From a virus (Duplodnaviria; Caudoviricetes), in the IMG/VR virus record IMGVR_UViG_3300017785_007051, positions 1 through 25,895 of that record: a DNA stretch of 25,895 bases; one strand, 5' to 3'. Below the pieces are notes generated by a model, which did no database searches, had not been told where the DNA came from, and saw nothing but the letters and a program-made list of their open reading frames with translations. Below, piece by piece: positions 16,071-24,025 of the stretch (position 1 is its first letter; each line of letters opens with the position of its first letter). Both the position numbers and the translations under genes were made by a program.

Positions 16071-16328
16071 ATGCAACTCGACTGGATGAGTCAAGAACAG
16101 GAGTTTTTACATAATCGAGTGATGATGGACGCGAAGAAGTTAGATAGAGACGGATTACTTCAAATTTTTGAAATGGTCCATAAACAATCCCTCATCAACA
16201 AACGTTTGTTTTCCTGCCTCGCCTCATGGTGCGCTCGCAATCAAGTCACTCTTCCTGCTTTTGATGAGTTGTTAGCAAGTAGAGAGGTTGCTCACCCTGT
16301 GGATACTCCTGAAACCCCAGCCGCTTGA
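16071..16328 (+). CDS. nblA: NblA-like phycobilisome degradation protein
   Basis: MSQEQEF matches the NblA LSLEQxF signature; two-helix spacing with conserved D, Q and F/YxxL aligns without gaps to NblA as I recall it. Confidence 0.65.
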   Translation: MQLDWMSQEQEFLHNRVMMDAKKLDRDGLLQIFEMVHKQSLINKRLFSCLASWCARNQVTLPAFDELLASREVAHPVDTPETPAA

Positions 16329-16635
16329 GATATTTAGCTAAGGCAGCGGTCCGCTCCGTACGAGGCATAATCATGAGAGGTTTGGCGTTCGTAACTTCTA
16401 AGTGAATCTTTAGTATCTCCAGCGCTGTACGTAAGGCAGCCAGTGAGCGGAGTCCCTGCTTAGTGAGGACTGAGCGAGCTCTTTTGTTCTTGCGGTTTCG
16501 ATACCAATCGTTTGCCGCACGTTTCGACTTGTGGATCGCCAGACCCACGTTGTAGGCAAAACCTACATCCTCTACAAAGAGGCTTACCCACTCACCATCT
16601 TGCTTTATTTTTGTTGAGATGCAGTTGAGGTACAT
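16246..16635 (-). CDS. Hypothetical basic protein
   Basis: 129-aa ORF; SKRAANDWY and YLKRLGF motifs. Confidence 0.7.
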   Translation of the reverse strand: MYLNCISTKIKQDGEWVSLFVEDVGFAYNVGLAIHKSKRAANDWYRNRKNKRARSVLTKQGLRSLAALRTALEILKIHLEVTNAKPLMIMPRTERTAALAKYLKRLGFQEYPQGEQPLYLLTTHQKQEE

Positions 16636-16665
16636 AATAAAAGCGGCCTTTCGAAAAAGACCGCT
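16636..16665 (-). terminator. Rho-independent terminator
   Basis: Minus strand reads AGCGGTCTTT-TTCG-AAAGGCCGCT then TTTATT. Confidence 0.75.
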
Positions 16666-16690
16666 GCCTTGGCTTCGTTTTTACGTTAGC

Positions 16691-17479
16691 TCAGAAATCA
16701 ATCCCGAGTGCTTTTGCTTGCTCTTCGGTTAGTTCTACCTTCTTCGCTTTAGGAGAAGGTGGTTCGGCAGACTTCAGAGCCTTGGCTTCGGGTTCGGGTG
16801 CAGCAAACGTACGCTCGGGAGCTTGACCCCGCGTGGATGCGAAATCAGCTTTAAGTGCAGCGTGATCGCTGCCCAGAGGAAGCTCGATCAGATCAGCGCC
16901 AGGGATGCTGCTCTTCAGTGCGTTCGCCGCCATGCCTGTTCCGTCTTTAGCCAGCCACTCGGACACGTCTTTGAGGAGCTTTTCCTCTTCGTCGTTCTGA
17001 GCCGGACGGTCGCTGAAGTCCAGGCAATTGAAGTTGATCTTCGCCCCGTCGGCACCGGTCATCGGATCACGCTCGTTAAAAGAGCGGGTCACGAACTTGG
17101 TTGAAGTAATAACAGACGCACAGTTAATGCGGTTGTTATACAAAGTTTGGAAGTAAGCGATGAAATTTTTCTGACTGGATTTGCCAGAGATCATCGAAGT
17201 CGTGATGCACCGAGGAGGCAGCAACCTGTGGTTGGGTGACACACCGATGTACGCGATACGCAGGAACTCTTCCTGATTACGCATCCCGAGGTTCCCAAAA
17301 TACGGTGTGAATCCGATGAGGATGAACTCAATAGGGATACCGTTGTCGTTGCGGTCTACGATTGCGTTGTCAGGATCAACGTCAGACTTCCAGCGGCGAG
17401 CTTGAAGATCGATACGCAGAGTGTGAGGCGGAATGTTGCAGAGGATTTCGGATTCCGAAAAATCACCAGCGATAAACAT
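16691..17479 (-). CDS. Putative ssDNA-binding/annealing protein
   Basis: Beta-rich core, flexible tail ending GIDF; sits in the replication module next to an SSB-like gene (inference). Confidence 0.5.
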   Translation of the reverse strand: MFIAGDFSESEILCNIPPHTLRIDLQARRWKSDVDPDNAIVDRNDNGIPIEFILIGFTPYFGNLGMRNQEEFLRIAYIGVSPNHRLLPPRCITTSMISGKSSQKNFIAYFQTLYNNRINCASVITSTKFVTRSFNERDPMTGADGAKINFNCLDFSDRPAQNDEEEKLLKDVSEWLAKDGTGMAANALKSSIPGADLIELPLGSDHAALKADFASTRGQAPERTFAAPEPEAKALKSAEPPSPKAKKVELTEEQAKALGIDF

Positions 17480-17491
17480 GGTCAGTAGAGA

Positions 17492-18136
17492 TCAGAGGGA
17501 AAAGTCGATCGAACCGAGAGCAGCAGCGGCAACCTTTCCTTTTTCGGGATCGGCTGCTTTTACGGGTGCTTTACGTGATGCCTTAGGCAGGTAAAGGACC
17601 TTATCCAGATTGTAGTTGAGGTAAGACTTGTCGTCCTTCTCGGAGGTTGAGACTTTACCCACACCAATCGTTGGGGTTCCGGGAGCTAGCTCAGCAAGTT
17701 GTGCCGAGAGCTCACCCCACGCCGACAGCTTCATCCACGCTGTTTCTTGGTCTTCGGTCTGCCATGCGAGAGACCTATTGGTGACGGTGTTGTCGCCGAT
17801 CTCCATCTCCTCAGCTTTGGGACCCAAGCCGCCGGTTGCGATAAAGAGGTTGATTGCCAGGAGATCTTGGAAGTTCTCCTCAGTCACCACGAGCATCGGT
17901 TGCATCTGCAGCACACCGTCAGGAGTTGGCCGCGTGGGACCAATTGCCAGGATGGTTTGCCCTTCTTCGAATTTCTTTAGAAGCTTTCCGACGTAGTGGT
18001 CAGCCTTCTGCAGCAGCTGAACTCTCGTCGCAACGCGTTTTTCGTTTGAAGGCAGGGACTCTGCAAGTACATTTACAGTTCCGTCGTCTTCAGCGGCGCT
18101 CGCTGTGACCCGAAGGCCGAGGATAAAAACGTTCAT
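17492..18136 (-). CDS. Tandem OB-fold SSB-like protein
   Basis: Second half is SSB-like: INLFIATGGLG...SLAW...ETAWMKLSAWGELSAQL...PGTPTIGVGKV; first half repeats the pattern (MNVFILG...EGQTILAIG). Confidence 0.7.
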   Translation of the reverse strand: MNVFILGLRVTASAAEDDGTVNVLAESLPSNEKRVATRVQLLQKADHYVGKLLKKFEEGQTILAIGPTRPTPDGVLQMQPMLVVTEENFQDLLAINLFIATGGLGPKAEEMEIGDNTVTNRSLAWQTEDQETAWMKLSAWGELSAQLAELAPGTPTIGVGKVSTSEKDDKSYLNYNLDKVLYLPKASRKAPVKAADPEKGKVAAAALGSIDFSL

Positions 18137-18213
18137 GGTTCCGGTTTGGTTTGGGCGTCCGACCGCAGTCGAACCGCACCATGGTATCAGTCTTCGAACG
18201 GTTTCGGGTTAAA

Positions 18214-18747
18214 TCAGGCTACTTGTTGTAAGTGCCTGTATATAGTTGCTCTGTGTACTTTTAAAATCTTGGCGATCTGGTTTACGCTGGCTCCCTCGCG
18301 TCGTTGCGCTTTGAGGATTTCGATGTCGCCTGGCGAGAGTTTGGAGTGCTTAGCTGACTTGTAATCGAAATGCAGCGGGTTGATGCACTGCGGATTGCCG
18401 CAGCGTGGCTTTGGATAGTAGTTGTCTTTAGGAATGTCCAGATATTGGAGAATCGAATAACGGGCGTATACTCGTTTTCCGAATACGTAAAAACAAGGTT
18501 GTTTGTTTGAGAATGAACCTTGCCATTCGAAACACTTCGTGTATTCGAAGTTATTAAAAGCTAAGTCGCGGAACAACTTAGCTAAAGCAGATTCTTCGAT
18601 TTGTTCGTAGCTTATAGAATATTGCGTAGCATCTACAGCTCTGCAGATGTCCACGGCTTGTGCTTGGACGTGAGCTGTGTCGTTTGATTGGACGGCGAGG
18701 ACTAACTTTTTGTTATTACGTTCAAGTTCAATTGAGTATTGATTCAC
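18214..18747 (-). CDS. Degenerate HNH/Zn-loop domain with C-terminal helix-turn-helix
   Basis: CFEWQG...CGNPQCINPLH; GASVNQIAKILKVHRATIYRHL. Confidence 0.8.
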   Translation of the reverse strand: MNQYSIELERNNKKLVLAVQSNDTAHVQAQAVDICRAVDATQYSISYEQIEESALAKLFRDLAFNNFEYTKCFEWQGSFSNKQPCFYVFGKRVYARYSILQYLDIPKDNYYPKPRCGNPQCINPLHFDYKSAKHSKLSPGDIEILKAQRREGASVNQIAKILKVHRATIYRHLQQVA

Positions 18748-19790
18748 TTCTTACCCTTTTTCTCTTGCGCCTTATTGATTAGTTGTTGCGCCTGTTTGCC
18801 TATATCCACTCCTTGCCGCTCCGCAACCCTCTCGATTCGGGCAGCGCTCGCTCCGCTACTGATCAATGCGTTGACGGCGGCTTGAGTGATTTTGCCAGAT
18901 TCTGTCGCCTTGGCAATTTGCTGAACCTGTGCTTGCAGCCCCGTGGGAGCCTTAGCGATTGCTTGGACTTGTGCGCGATCAACAGCGCTCTGTGCTTTTT
19001 CGCCAAGCGAAACACCAGCAGCCCTAGCTTGTTTTTCGATTTGGGCAGCGTCAACTCCCTGCGATAAGAGACCCTGCACACCCGTCTTCCCTAAGCTCGT
19101 CGGCGATCCCGCAGCCTCGGCAGCCTGTTTAACTTGCAGACGAACAGGAACAGCCGTCGGAGCTGCGGTGGGTGTAGTCGGTGTAGAGGGTGTCTCGGTC
19201 GTAGGAGTTGTTTCGGTTTGAGCCGGTGTCTCCATTTGTTGGGAAGTCGTCATACCCTTCGCCGCTTCCTGGATGCTGCTGAGGATACCGCGACCCTGCT
19301 CAAGCAAGCTTTCAAAAGGCGAGTAATCGAACTCCGGCATTTTATATTCCGGAAGCGCTACGGAAGACTGGGAGCTTCCTCCGATTTGAGTCGGTGTAGT
19401 AGGTGCAGTAGTAGGTGTTTGAGCGACGCTACCCGAGTAGCCCAGACGACTGCCTCGTCCTTGAGGACCAGTCGGTCCGATTTGGATGTTGAAAGGAGCG
19501 CCGTAAGTTAGCTTTCCTTCGATGTTGTATTTCTGTAAGTCGCTAACGGGAACGTTATCCTCTACCCCGACAGCTGCTACCCCCGTGGTAGGAACAGCAG
19601 AGGGTGTTGTTTCGTCCGGTTTTTCTACCTGCTCTGTTTCTGTGCTCGCTGTCGTTGCTACCGATGCCCCGAAGTCTAATTCGGGAAATAGTTGTGCCAG
19701 CGTGCTCTTCGAAACGCCTGCTTCCGGACTGACACCAAAGGATGTCCCAGCTAAGGAAAAACCGTAGGAAGGGCGACGCCGTACAGCCAC
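18744..19790 (-). CDS. Low-complexity T/P/Q/A-rich protein with two C-terminal repeats, possibly an internal virion protein
   Basis: 348-aa ORF with TP-rich linkers; N-terminal YGFSLAG. Confidence 0.75.
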   Translation of the reverse strand: MAVRRRPSYGFSLAGTSFGVSPEAGVSKSTLAQLFPELDFGASVATTASTETEQVEKPDETTPSAVPTTGVAAVGVEDNVPVSDLQKYNIEGKLTYGAPFNIQIGPTGPQGRGSRLGYSGSVAQTPTTAPTTPTQIGGSSQSSVALPEYKMPEFDYSPFESLLEQGRGILSSIQEAAKGMTTSQQMETPAQTETTPTTETPSTPTTPTAAPTAVPVRLQVKQAAEAAGSPTSLGKTGVQGLLSQGVDAAQIEKQARAAGVSLGEKAQSAVDRAQVQAIAKAPTGLQAQVQQIAKATESGKITQAAVNALISSGASAARIERVAERQGVDIGKQAQQLINKAQEKKGKK

Positions 19791-19834
19791 GCGACTAAGC
19801 TCTATCTTCTAAGATCGTAGCAAGTTTTGAGCTC

Positions 19835-20101
19835 TTACAGTAAGTCTTTGTAGTTCATAAACGCAAATCGCTCTACGGCAACTCTTTCAGCCTGCGTGGG
19901 CGCCGTCTGATCTTGCATCTTTTTGCGAATCTGAATCAAACGCGGGTTGGTTTCTTCGGGAGCTACCCTCGCCATACCGCCTTTAGCGGCTAAAGGAATT
20001 CGCGGAATCACCCCAGTAACCGCCGTAGCGCCCGCACCTACCACGGGGCGCATTGCCTCTCCCGCTAAACGGAAACCATACTCAGGCTGTTTCTCTGCCA
20101 T
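19835..20101 (-). CDS. Small protein with N-terminal YGFRLAG motif
   Basis: 88-aa ORF starting 4 nt after the upstream stop. Confidence 0.7.
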   Translation of the reverse strand: MAEKQPEYGFRLAGEAMRPVVGAGATAVTGVIPRIPLAAKGGMARVAPEETNPRLIQIRKKMQDQTAPTQAERVAVERFAFMNYKDLL

Positions 20102-20105
20102 TCAC

Positions 20106-20606
20106 TTATTTTACCTCTTCAAAAAATCTGCGTAAATAGTGACCTTTCTTAACAACCATATCAAGTGTTTTTAATTTAAATAAAGCGTCCTCATAGCTTT
20201 TAAATATCTCGGCTTTTGTTCTGTCCGTCTGATACTGTACGAGGGTCGCATCCTCTATAGCTTTTTCGACAAATTCCCCGCGTGGGTTCAGGATCACCCA
20301 GACCTCTCGGAATCTTAAGTGGGGGCGCGAGGACATCTCCTCCTCGGTGTAGAGGGAATTTACCTTCGCTATCTTAGTGCTTTTCTTAGACTGCGCACTA
20401 TTTACTTTTTTCTTAACGTTCAGCTTAATACTATTTTTCCGTTTCTCTGCTCTAGCTGCGTTGCAGGCTACCAGCGGTGACTCGTACAGAGACGGGAGGA
20501 AATACAGATCATCATCTGCATTTACTACCGCCAAGTAAGTCTTACCTAACTTAATAGCAAAGACTTCTTTCTCGGCGGTTTTTTCGATCTTAACTAGTTC
20601 ACTCAT
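20106..20606 (-). CDS. Hypothetical protein
   Basis: 166-aa ORF overlapping the polymerase stop. Confidence 0.7.
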   Translation of the reverse strand: MSELVKIEKTAEKEVFAIKLGKTYLAVVNADDDLYFLPSLYESPLVACNAARAEKRKNSIKLNVKKKVNSAQSKKSTKIAKVNSLYTEEEMSSRPHLRFREVWVILNPRGEFVEKAIEDATLVQYQTDRTKAEIFKSYEDALFKLKTLDMVVKKGHYLRRFFEEVK

Positions 20607-22498
20607 TTAGCGGCCCATGAATCACCAACACTCGCATCTGCTGATGCTGGGACAGATGTTAACACTTTTTGAGCTGCCTGGACCATGGCGGTTTCCAGCA
20701 CCTCTTTGTATTTATTAGCAAGATCCTCTCGTACTTCGAGTACGATTTCGTCGTGCACACACGCGACCATCCGCACATTTTCGTTTAAGTGTTCGTTGAG
20801 ATCTGCAATGGCGATTTTCAATATGTCTGCGCCACTACCCTGAATCAGGGTGTTAGCTGAACACATCATTGTTGCGTCGTCGTAACTCAGAAGCCTGCGC
20901 CGTCCGCACGCTGTACGTACATAAGCCCAACCGTCTTCTACCAGAGCCGCCCTCTCCCGGTGCCACATGCGTAGGCGTGGGTATGCAGTGTGGAAAGCAG
21001 CGTGTGCGACCTTAGCTTCAGACAACGACAACATCTTTCCACTCTGTGCTGCGTATGTCTTGTATTTTCTATAGCCCATTCCGTATAAAAGGGCGAAGTT
21101 CAAAGTCTTACCGTCTTGTCGTTCATCTTTAGACACTTCGTGTAAGTCCTTCTTGTAGATAAGACTAGCAGTCATTGTGTGTAAATCGATGTCATCTTTA
21201 AATGCCTGCCTCATCTGAGGGATGTTGATCAGTTCCGCACCGAGTCGTAGTTCAATCTGAGCCCAGTCGCAAATCACCAGCTTGAATCCCGGCTCGGCGA
21301 TGAAGCACTCCCTGAATTCTTTACCTCTAGGAACTTGCTGAATGTTGACTGCAAAAACTGTTTTCTTTTCTTTTTTAGCTGTCTTTGGGGCGCCGTTGCT
21401 CGTGAAGCGTCCTGAGTTTGCTCCTGTCTGGTTGTAGCCAGAGTGAATCCGCAGCGTCACTGGATTTACATTTTCCAGCAGCTTGGTGATGTGCTCCAGT
21501 TTTGTTTCTACCTTTACACGTTGCCTATAAAGGTTCAGCGTGGGGTCGTCGCTGTCGAACTCTGCGAGAGCGATTTGGTTGAGGGTTTTCTTCTCCGTCT
21601 TGGCGTCTCTAGGCAGCTCGATATCGCAAGCAGTAAAGGCGGAAATAACCTGCGTCGTGGATCCAGGATTAAAATCCTTTTTCGGTCTCTTACCGACTGC
21701 GACCTTTCCGTCAATTCCCCGAGGAAGTTTCAGATCTGCCGGAAGTCTATCGTCCAGTGATTTAACGAACTGTTCGGTTTTCTGTTCCAGTTCCTCTTCG
21801 ATAGACGCTTTGAGCTTATTTAACTTAGTCAAATCGACGCAGAACCCGCTGTAACTCATCATTGCCACGGGGCGAATGCACTTGGATTCGAGCCCATAAA
21901 CCGATAAAAGGTTCTCCTCCTTCAGTTCTGCTAACTGGGATGCCGCGATGCGTGGGAGGATGTCGACGTCTCCTGCTGCGTACTCGATCTGTTCGATGTC
22001 GAGTTCTTCGGCGCCCCAGTCTGATTTCTGCTGCTCCTTGCTGATTTCGATTTCGAGCCTGCGCTCTGCCACAGCTTTCAGGCTGCAGCTGACATCTGTA
22101 AAGTACGTAGTCTGAGACTTAGGGCTGACCCGTTTCTCTTTAAAGCCAGAACGAAGGACGCGCTCTGCGACGTACGTGTCGAAGATCTTGTTTTTAAAAT
22201 CGATCCCGATGGACAGGAGGAACTGAAAGTCGAAGTTCATGTTGTGCGCCAGGAGCATGGCGCGGGACTCTATAAGTTCCTTAAGCTCTTCGTTTGGTTT
22301 GAACTTAAAGAGATCTAAGACGTAGACAGTACGATCTTCAATCTCCGGCGTGGCGTCACAGAGCTGCAGTAGGCGAAGCTCGGCGATTGTTGCTTGCAGA
22401 CCCGTTGTTTCGCAGTCCAAGCACATCTTCGGAATCTGCTTCAATTCAGGCAGAACTTCCTTGAACTGTTCGGCTGTTTTGATGTAACGAACCTGCAT
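20603..22498 (-). CDS. polA: Family A DNA polymerase (3'-5' exonuclease + polymerase, no 5'-3' exonuclease)
   Basis: ExoI LDCETTGL, ExoII HNMNFD, ExoIII YAAGD; motif A DWAQIELR, motif B RQDGKTLNFALLYG, motif C VHDE. Confidence 0.97.
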   Translation of the reverse strand: MQVRYIKTAEQFKEVLPELKQIPKMCLDCETTGLQATIAELRLLQLCDATPEIEDRTVYVLDLFKFKPNEELKELIESRAMLLAHNMNFDFQFLLSIGIDFKNKIFDTYVAERVLRSGFKEKRVSPKSQTTYFTDVSCSLKAVAERRLEIEISKEQQKSDWGAEELDIEQIEYAAGDVDILPRIAASQLAELKEENLLSVYGLESKCIRPVAMMSYSGFCVDLTKLNKLKASIEEELEQKTEQFVKSLDDRLPADLKLPRGIDGKVAVGKRPKKDFNPGSTTQVISAFTACDIELPRDAKTEKKTLNQIALAEFDSDDPTLNLYRQRVKVETKLEHITKLLENVNPVTLRIHSGYNQTGANSGRFTSNGAPKTAKKEKKTVFAVNIQQVPRGKEFRECFIAEPGFKLVICDWAQIELRLGAELINIPQMRQAFKDDIDLHTMTASLIYKKDLHEVSKDERQDGKTLNFALLYGMGYRKYKTYAAQSGKMLSLSEAKVAHAAFHTAYPRLRMWHRERAALVEDGWAYVRTACGRRRLLSYDDATMMCSANTLIQGSGADILKIAIADLNEHLNENVRMVACVHDEIVLEVREDLANKYKEVLETAMVQAAQKVLTSVPASADASVGDSWAAK

Positions 22499-22522
22499 GA
22501 GGAAAATGATGATAGAGAAATG

Positions 22523-22546
22523 AAAAGCCCCGCCGAAGCGAGGCTT
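22523..22546 (-). terminator. Rho-independent terminator with C(UUCG)G tetraloop
   Basis: Minus strand reads AAGCCTCGC-TTCG-GCGGGGCTTTT. Confidence 0.8.
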
Positions 22547-22575
22547 GCAGTCTACTCTGGCTACCGAGAACCAGC

Positions 22576-23355
22576 TCAGGAACCCTGGCGGCGAGAGGCG
22601 AAGAAGTTAAGGATGTACTCGTTCGAGTCTGCCCAGAGGAGACTGACGTCCTGTCCACGCTTTGTCAGTCGGAGGTTGTAGTAAACACGCTGCATTGTGT
22701 TGCCACTCGCACCATCTAACGAGCCGTACGACACCTGGGACTTCTGCTCTACGAGCCCGTTCTTCATGCACCAGTTCATCCCCTCACGAAGGGACAGGTA
22801 CATCGGGCTGACGTGGAACGTATCTTTGCGATCAATCCCTGCCCGGAGCACCAATGGATCGAACATATCCAGCTCTTCGGACCACGTAAATCCCTTGTAC
22901 AGGATGGAATCGTTCGGGACTTTGTTGTCCGACGCGTCGATATCGTTTACGTAAAAGATGGCGATTTTCCGAAGAGTGTTCCAGTCGTTGAACTCAGAAA
23001 AGTAGTCCAGAATCATTGCTGCTCCCACAGCCCAGTAAGACTGAGACTTGTGGAGCTCCTCAATCAGAGCCTCCGGACCTTCCCAGACTGTTTTCTGGGC
23101 AGCCGGGCGACCGGCTTTCAGCTTTTTCGTTGGCTTGCCGACGGAGATCTTCCAAGCCAGCGATGCCAGCTCCTGCGATCCCATATCGACCGCCATCTCG
23201 AACAATGCTTTGCTATCGAGCTTCGAGATATCGAAGACCTCGCTCAGCTCAATGGTCGGAGCGGACCGGCTGTTCTTCACGGTTTTGATGAGCGTGGCAG
23301 CGTCGCCCGCGTCAAGAGGGGTGCCGTTTAGAAGGAATTGAAAAGCCATGTTCAA
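22576..23355 (-). CDS. Hypothetical protein, possible winged-helix C-terminus
   Basis: 259-aa ORF; LREGMNWCMKNGLVEQ...LRLTKRG is wHTH-like. Confidence 0.75.
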   Translation of the reverse strand: MNMAFQFLLNGTPLDAGDAATLIKTVKNSRSAPTIELSEVFDISKLDSKALFEMAVDMGSQELASLAWKISVGKPTKKLKAGRPAAQKTVWEGPEALIEELHKSQSYWAVGAAMILDYFSEFNDWNTLRKIAIFYVNDIDASDNKVPNDSILYKGFTWSEELDMFDPLVLRAGIDRKDTFHVSPMYLSLREGMNWCMKNGLVEQKSQVSYGSLDGASGNTMQRVYYNLRLTKRGQDVSLLWADSNEYILNFFASRRQGS

Positions 23356-23409
23356 AGAAGGTTGGGAGTCATGACAAGGCGCATACTAGCCCATTACTCG
23401 GGTGTTTGC

Positions 23410-23844
23410 TCAGATCTCGAAACCCTCGCAAGCGATTGAAGAGTAGAGCTTGAATTGAAAGAACTCGGTTACGAAGTTTATGGCGAGCTCCTTCAGATCT
23501 AAGATTGTCAATTTTATATCTTCGTCAGTGACGGACATGCCATATTGCTCACCTAGCGTATCTGCTATTACATAAGTATACTCCATGTTTGTTTTGTCGT
23601 TTGAGATTAAGAAGAAACCGCAGCCTGGTTCTTTTGACGGGCAGTCGTACAGGATTAAGTTGCCGTGATAATCGAACTTTGAGTACTTCCCAGGTTTCTT
23701 ATTCATCAACTCTCTTTCTAGGATCTCCTGTACCCACCGGAGAAGGTCTTGCATTCCTCCTTCGTGTGTCTCATATTCTTTTCTAATTTGCTCTAAGGAT
23801 TCCTGAATTGTATCTAAGTACATGAGACGTCCATCAGAGTGCAA
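23410..23844 (-). CDS. Hypothetical protein
   Basis: 144-aa ORF in the minus-strand operon; start may be the second Met. Confidence 0.65.
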   Translation of the reverse strand: MHSDGRLMYLDTIQESLEQIRKEYETHEGGMQDLLRWVQEILERELMNKKPGKYSKFDYHGNLILYDCPSKEPGCGFFLISNDKTNMEYTYVIADTLGEQYGMSVTDEDIKLTILDLKELAINFVTEFFQFKLYSSIACEGFEI

Positions 23845-24025
23845 ACCACTTTAATTCGCCTTCATCATCGGCGCCAGCTATGTACAGCTTTCCTGTTTCG
23901 CTGTCATAAAAGAACTCGCCCGGGGCCTCCGGACCTCTGCTGTTTACGGGACTGGCGCCGTTTGATCTCTCGTGATACTCCTCTATTAACTCCTTGAACA
24001 CATTGTCCACAGTCTTATTCCTCAC
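23834..24025 (-). CDS. Hypothetical protein
   Basis: 63-aa ORF abutting the vWA stop; GEFFYDSETGKLYI motif. Confidence 0.65.
   Translation of the reverse strand: MRNKTVDNVFKELIEEYHERSNGASPVNSRGPEAPGEFFYDSETGKLYIAGADDEGELKWFAL

Noticed and set aside
10855-22498. Inteins or group I introns in the primase or polymerase
   Set aside because: Both ORFs are continuous with normal motif spacing; the HNH genes lie between genes, not within them
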